Of a DNA stretch of 64,000 nucleotides, positions 62,701 to 64,000 are shown one piece after another. The stretch comes from Malacoraja senta (Eukaryota): assembly GCA_038087875.1 (NCBI GenBank), contig CM075989.1, positions 3,596,001 through 3,660,000 of the forward strand. Reading direction: 5' to 3'. The notes beneath the pieces were generated by a model. The model saw only the letters and a list, made by a program, of their open reading frames with translations, was not told the DNA's origin and searched no databases. The position numbers and the translations under genes were made by a program. The number at the start of each line of letters is the position of its first letter. Within the stretch, counting starts at the first letter, position 1.

Positions 62701-64000
62701 CTCTCTATGGAGGGGAGTGCGAGGTATACTCGCAAGGGAAGGGGCTATAGTCCCCTCACGCTACAAGTGCGGGCAATGAACAGCACTATCAGGGGTGGCA
62801 TTGGAGGGGACATGAAATCCAGGAAATAAAACCAGCCATCATATTGGCGACTCACACCCCACGCCTCATCGGCAGTAGCAGTTCACTGAAGCTGGTGGCA
62901 GCTTGAAAGCTGGACAGAGGTCTTTCAGGTGAAGGTCCAAGCCAGTCTCAAGAAATATGGAATTCACAAACACTACCAAGACCACCGGGAACCATGGAGG
63001 AAGGTGGGTCTGGTTCTTCCGAAACATGGGGTGAGTGGACCATTTACAAGTTGGTAATATTTACACTTGGTTTTGTACAAATTGAAATGATAACATGTGA
63101 TTGGATTATTATTGCACAGTATACAAGGGTACCAAGTATGGCTTGGAATTGGGGCCAGAGTTGTCTTTCGAGGCAGGCTCAGTATCATGGCCAGGATTAC
63201 CTTTCGAGACAGGCTCGGAAATAAGGCCAGAGTTGTCTTTCAAGGCAGGCTCAGTATTATGGCCAGGATTACCTTTCGAGACAGGCTCGGGAATTTTGCC
63301 AGTTGCCGTTTCGAGGCAGGCATGGAATTATGGCAGGTGTGGCCTGTTCATTGTGTAAGATGGAGGATATTGGTTCATAATTCATTTAACTAACATGTGC
63401 AACATAGACTTTTCAGTATATGGAACTTGTTACTGTCTAACAACTGATTTTCCTTAGGATCTTTATGGCAAAGAGGCATACTATTCAGGTCCCATTCACA
63501 GGGATCACCGGAGACATTTGAAATGTACCTGGATGGGGCTATGATTACGGTTAATGCGTTGCAAATGGGTTAAACTTCAGCTCCCAGGTATTTACCAAAT
63601 TACAAAACCGGTGCTTGGACTGCTCAGAGCTTAAAAACACTTGTTATGGCTTAGTTGGATGATATTCTAAACGTTGTGTTTTGCTAAACTCAACTGTTTC
63701 AGCCGCAACTATATTTGAGAAATTGGGGTCCCTCATCCATCCAGTTAATTTAAGTTGATACCAGAGTTAATGATTATTCTGATTTACCTTTAACTATTAA
63801 TTTATCTGGGACTCATCCCTGGGGCAAGAGATTGGAATCAGTAGAAGCCTGTAACAACCTTGTTATCAAGCAGTCTTCTATTCATCAAGTGAAATTGGGA
63901 ATATAGCATTGGCCTTTGCATTATCAGAATTTACACGTGCAAAGTAGTAACCTCTCAAGTGCCATATAGGTCTTTGTCAACAGACCAATGCTATTACCAG
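59725..64000 (+). mobile_element. DIRS1-type retrotransposon copy D (family 2), split by CR1, internally deleted, runs off the window
   Basis: ATTTTACTTCGGAGTCACGTGAGTGACTACGTGAA at 59725; resumes GTGAAGAAGGCC at 62605; 62636-64000 is collinear with the reverse complement of copy B. Confidence 0.9.
59760..62604 (-). mobile_element. CR1 LINE with near-complete ORF2 (APE endonuclease plus RT)
   Basis: YLNARSIRNK, GITETWL, GVVYRPP, MGDFN; RT motifs; (TTTCTATG)n tail; 5-bp TSD GTGAA (59755-59759, 62605-62609). Confidence 0.96.

Overview
Repeat-dominated vertebrate genomic DNA, very probably a cartilaginous fish (skate, ray or shark). This rests on abundant tRNA-derived V-SINEs of HE1 type with CR1-derived tails, plus CR1, L2, Rex1/Babar and Penelope-like elements. 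The only recognisable host genes are two tandem, plus-strand, single-coding-exon UDP-glucuronosyltransferase (UGT5-type) pseudogenes at about 43.6-44.8 kb and 56.5-58.1 kb. Other content: four DIRS tyrosine-recombinase retrotransposons of two families (three complete, with ITR/ICR ends and an ATT crossover core), two Ty3/Gypsy LTR elements, five Harbinger-type MITEs sharing a terminal core, a hAT fragment and a 200-N gap. The most unusual signal is the Gypsy pair. Both copies inserted independently, yet both carry gag-protease inverted relative to LTR/PBS/PPT and fused to an over-long (about 37 nt) copy of the primer tRNA-Leu. This suggests a propagating non-autonomous antisense-gag lineage created by tRNA read-through and template switching. 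Penelope termini carry minimal hammerhead-ribozyme motifs. Family names come from recognised motifs, not database searches, and boundaries of degenerate repeats are approximate.
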